DNA of 64,000 nucleotides from Marsupella aquatica (taxonomy: Eukaryota > Plantae > Marchantiophyta). The notes beneath the pieces were generated by a model. The model searched no databases. It saw only the letters and a list, made by a program, of their open reading frames with translations, and was not told the origin of the DNA. The stretch spans positions 20,223,869-20,287,868 of the forward strand of contig OZ316892.1 in the NCBI GenBank assembly GCA_973895155.1. The letters run 5' to 3'. The first letter of the stretch is position 1. Every line of letters begins with the position of its first letter. Below, one piece after another: positions 63,400 through 64,000 of the stretch. The position numbers were made by a program, and so were the translations under genes.

Positions 63400-64000
63400 T
63401 GATCGGCTCTTTGTTTAATTAAGGGAAACTGCAACGGTTAGACTTTCTTAGGGTTTTGACACAATCTTGGCTAGGTTAACTAGAGTAAGTTAACCGGAGT
63501 TAACATTAGTTGACTAGACTCTTCATGAAGGGATAACCCCCTTTGTATCCCATGGAGAGAGAACACTTAGGAGAGAACTTTGTGTGTGAGAGAGAGACAG
63601 AGCTTGGACCATGGAACTATGGTGATATGTCATTTTCATGTTCATAGTGAAACTCTTGGTACGGTTGTGGACATAGCCCTGGCGGGGTGAACCACGTATC
63701 TTTGTGTTGGTGTACTTGAGTGCTGAATATGATTATGAGATGTCATGCTGTCCATTTTGATCCTACAGACTTGCCTAACATATAAAGGAGTTTGGGAGAG
63801 TTCCTTGTTGAGACTCATGCTCATTTGTTGGAGAGCAAGCTAGGCTGGAGCTAGACTAGCTATCTTAGAGCTTGTATTTAGAGGCTTGGTTTGTCTATGG
63901 TGGCCAAAGTTTAGTAAATCTCCTGCATGTATTCTTGTGGACATAGCCTTGATGAAGGTGAACCAGGTATCCATGATGTTGGTGTGATGTGTGTTTGTTG
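63400..64000 (+). mobile_element. Degenerate copia-like LTR relics (two copies of the U5-type motif)
   Basis: GTGGACATAGCC...GGTGAACCA(C/G)GTATC near 63667 and 63938 resembles GTGGACGTAGCC...GGTGAACCACGTATC in the LTR at 1488-1524; possible LTR end CCTAACA at 63780. Boundaries are uncertain. Confidence 0.55.

Overview
This is eukaryotic land-plant nuclear DNA with GT-AG introns and plastid-targeted genes; a bryophyte such as a liverwort is my guess, not shown. From left to right: (1) a young but decayed Ty1/copia LTR retrotransposon (1250-8102, 344-bp LTRs, CACTT target-site duplication). (2) A tandem segmental duplication that copied an unusual NLR-like gene built as N-terminal four-helix/CC-like domain, NB-ARC-type STAND NTPase and Armadillo repeats instead of LRRs. 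Copy 1 (12109-16234, about 1138 aa) is intact; copy 2 (26933-31744) has twice as many near-identical ARM repeats but two frameshifts. The duplication also left a broken FtsH12 fragment, and its junction lies inside a 1.45-kb inversion. (3) A gene fragment resembling TPR/SMYD4 proteins. (4) Three intact conserved genes: FtsH12, a ferroportin/IREG transporter and an acyl-ACP desaturase with altered substrate-pocket residues. (5) LTR relics at the right end. The best candidate for an undescribed system is the CC-NB-ARC-ARM receptor pair with a variable, internally conserved ARM array. All alignments, counts and family assignments were made by eye from memory of the families.
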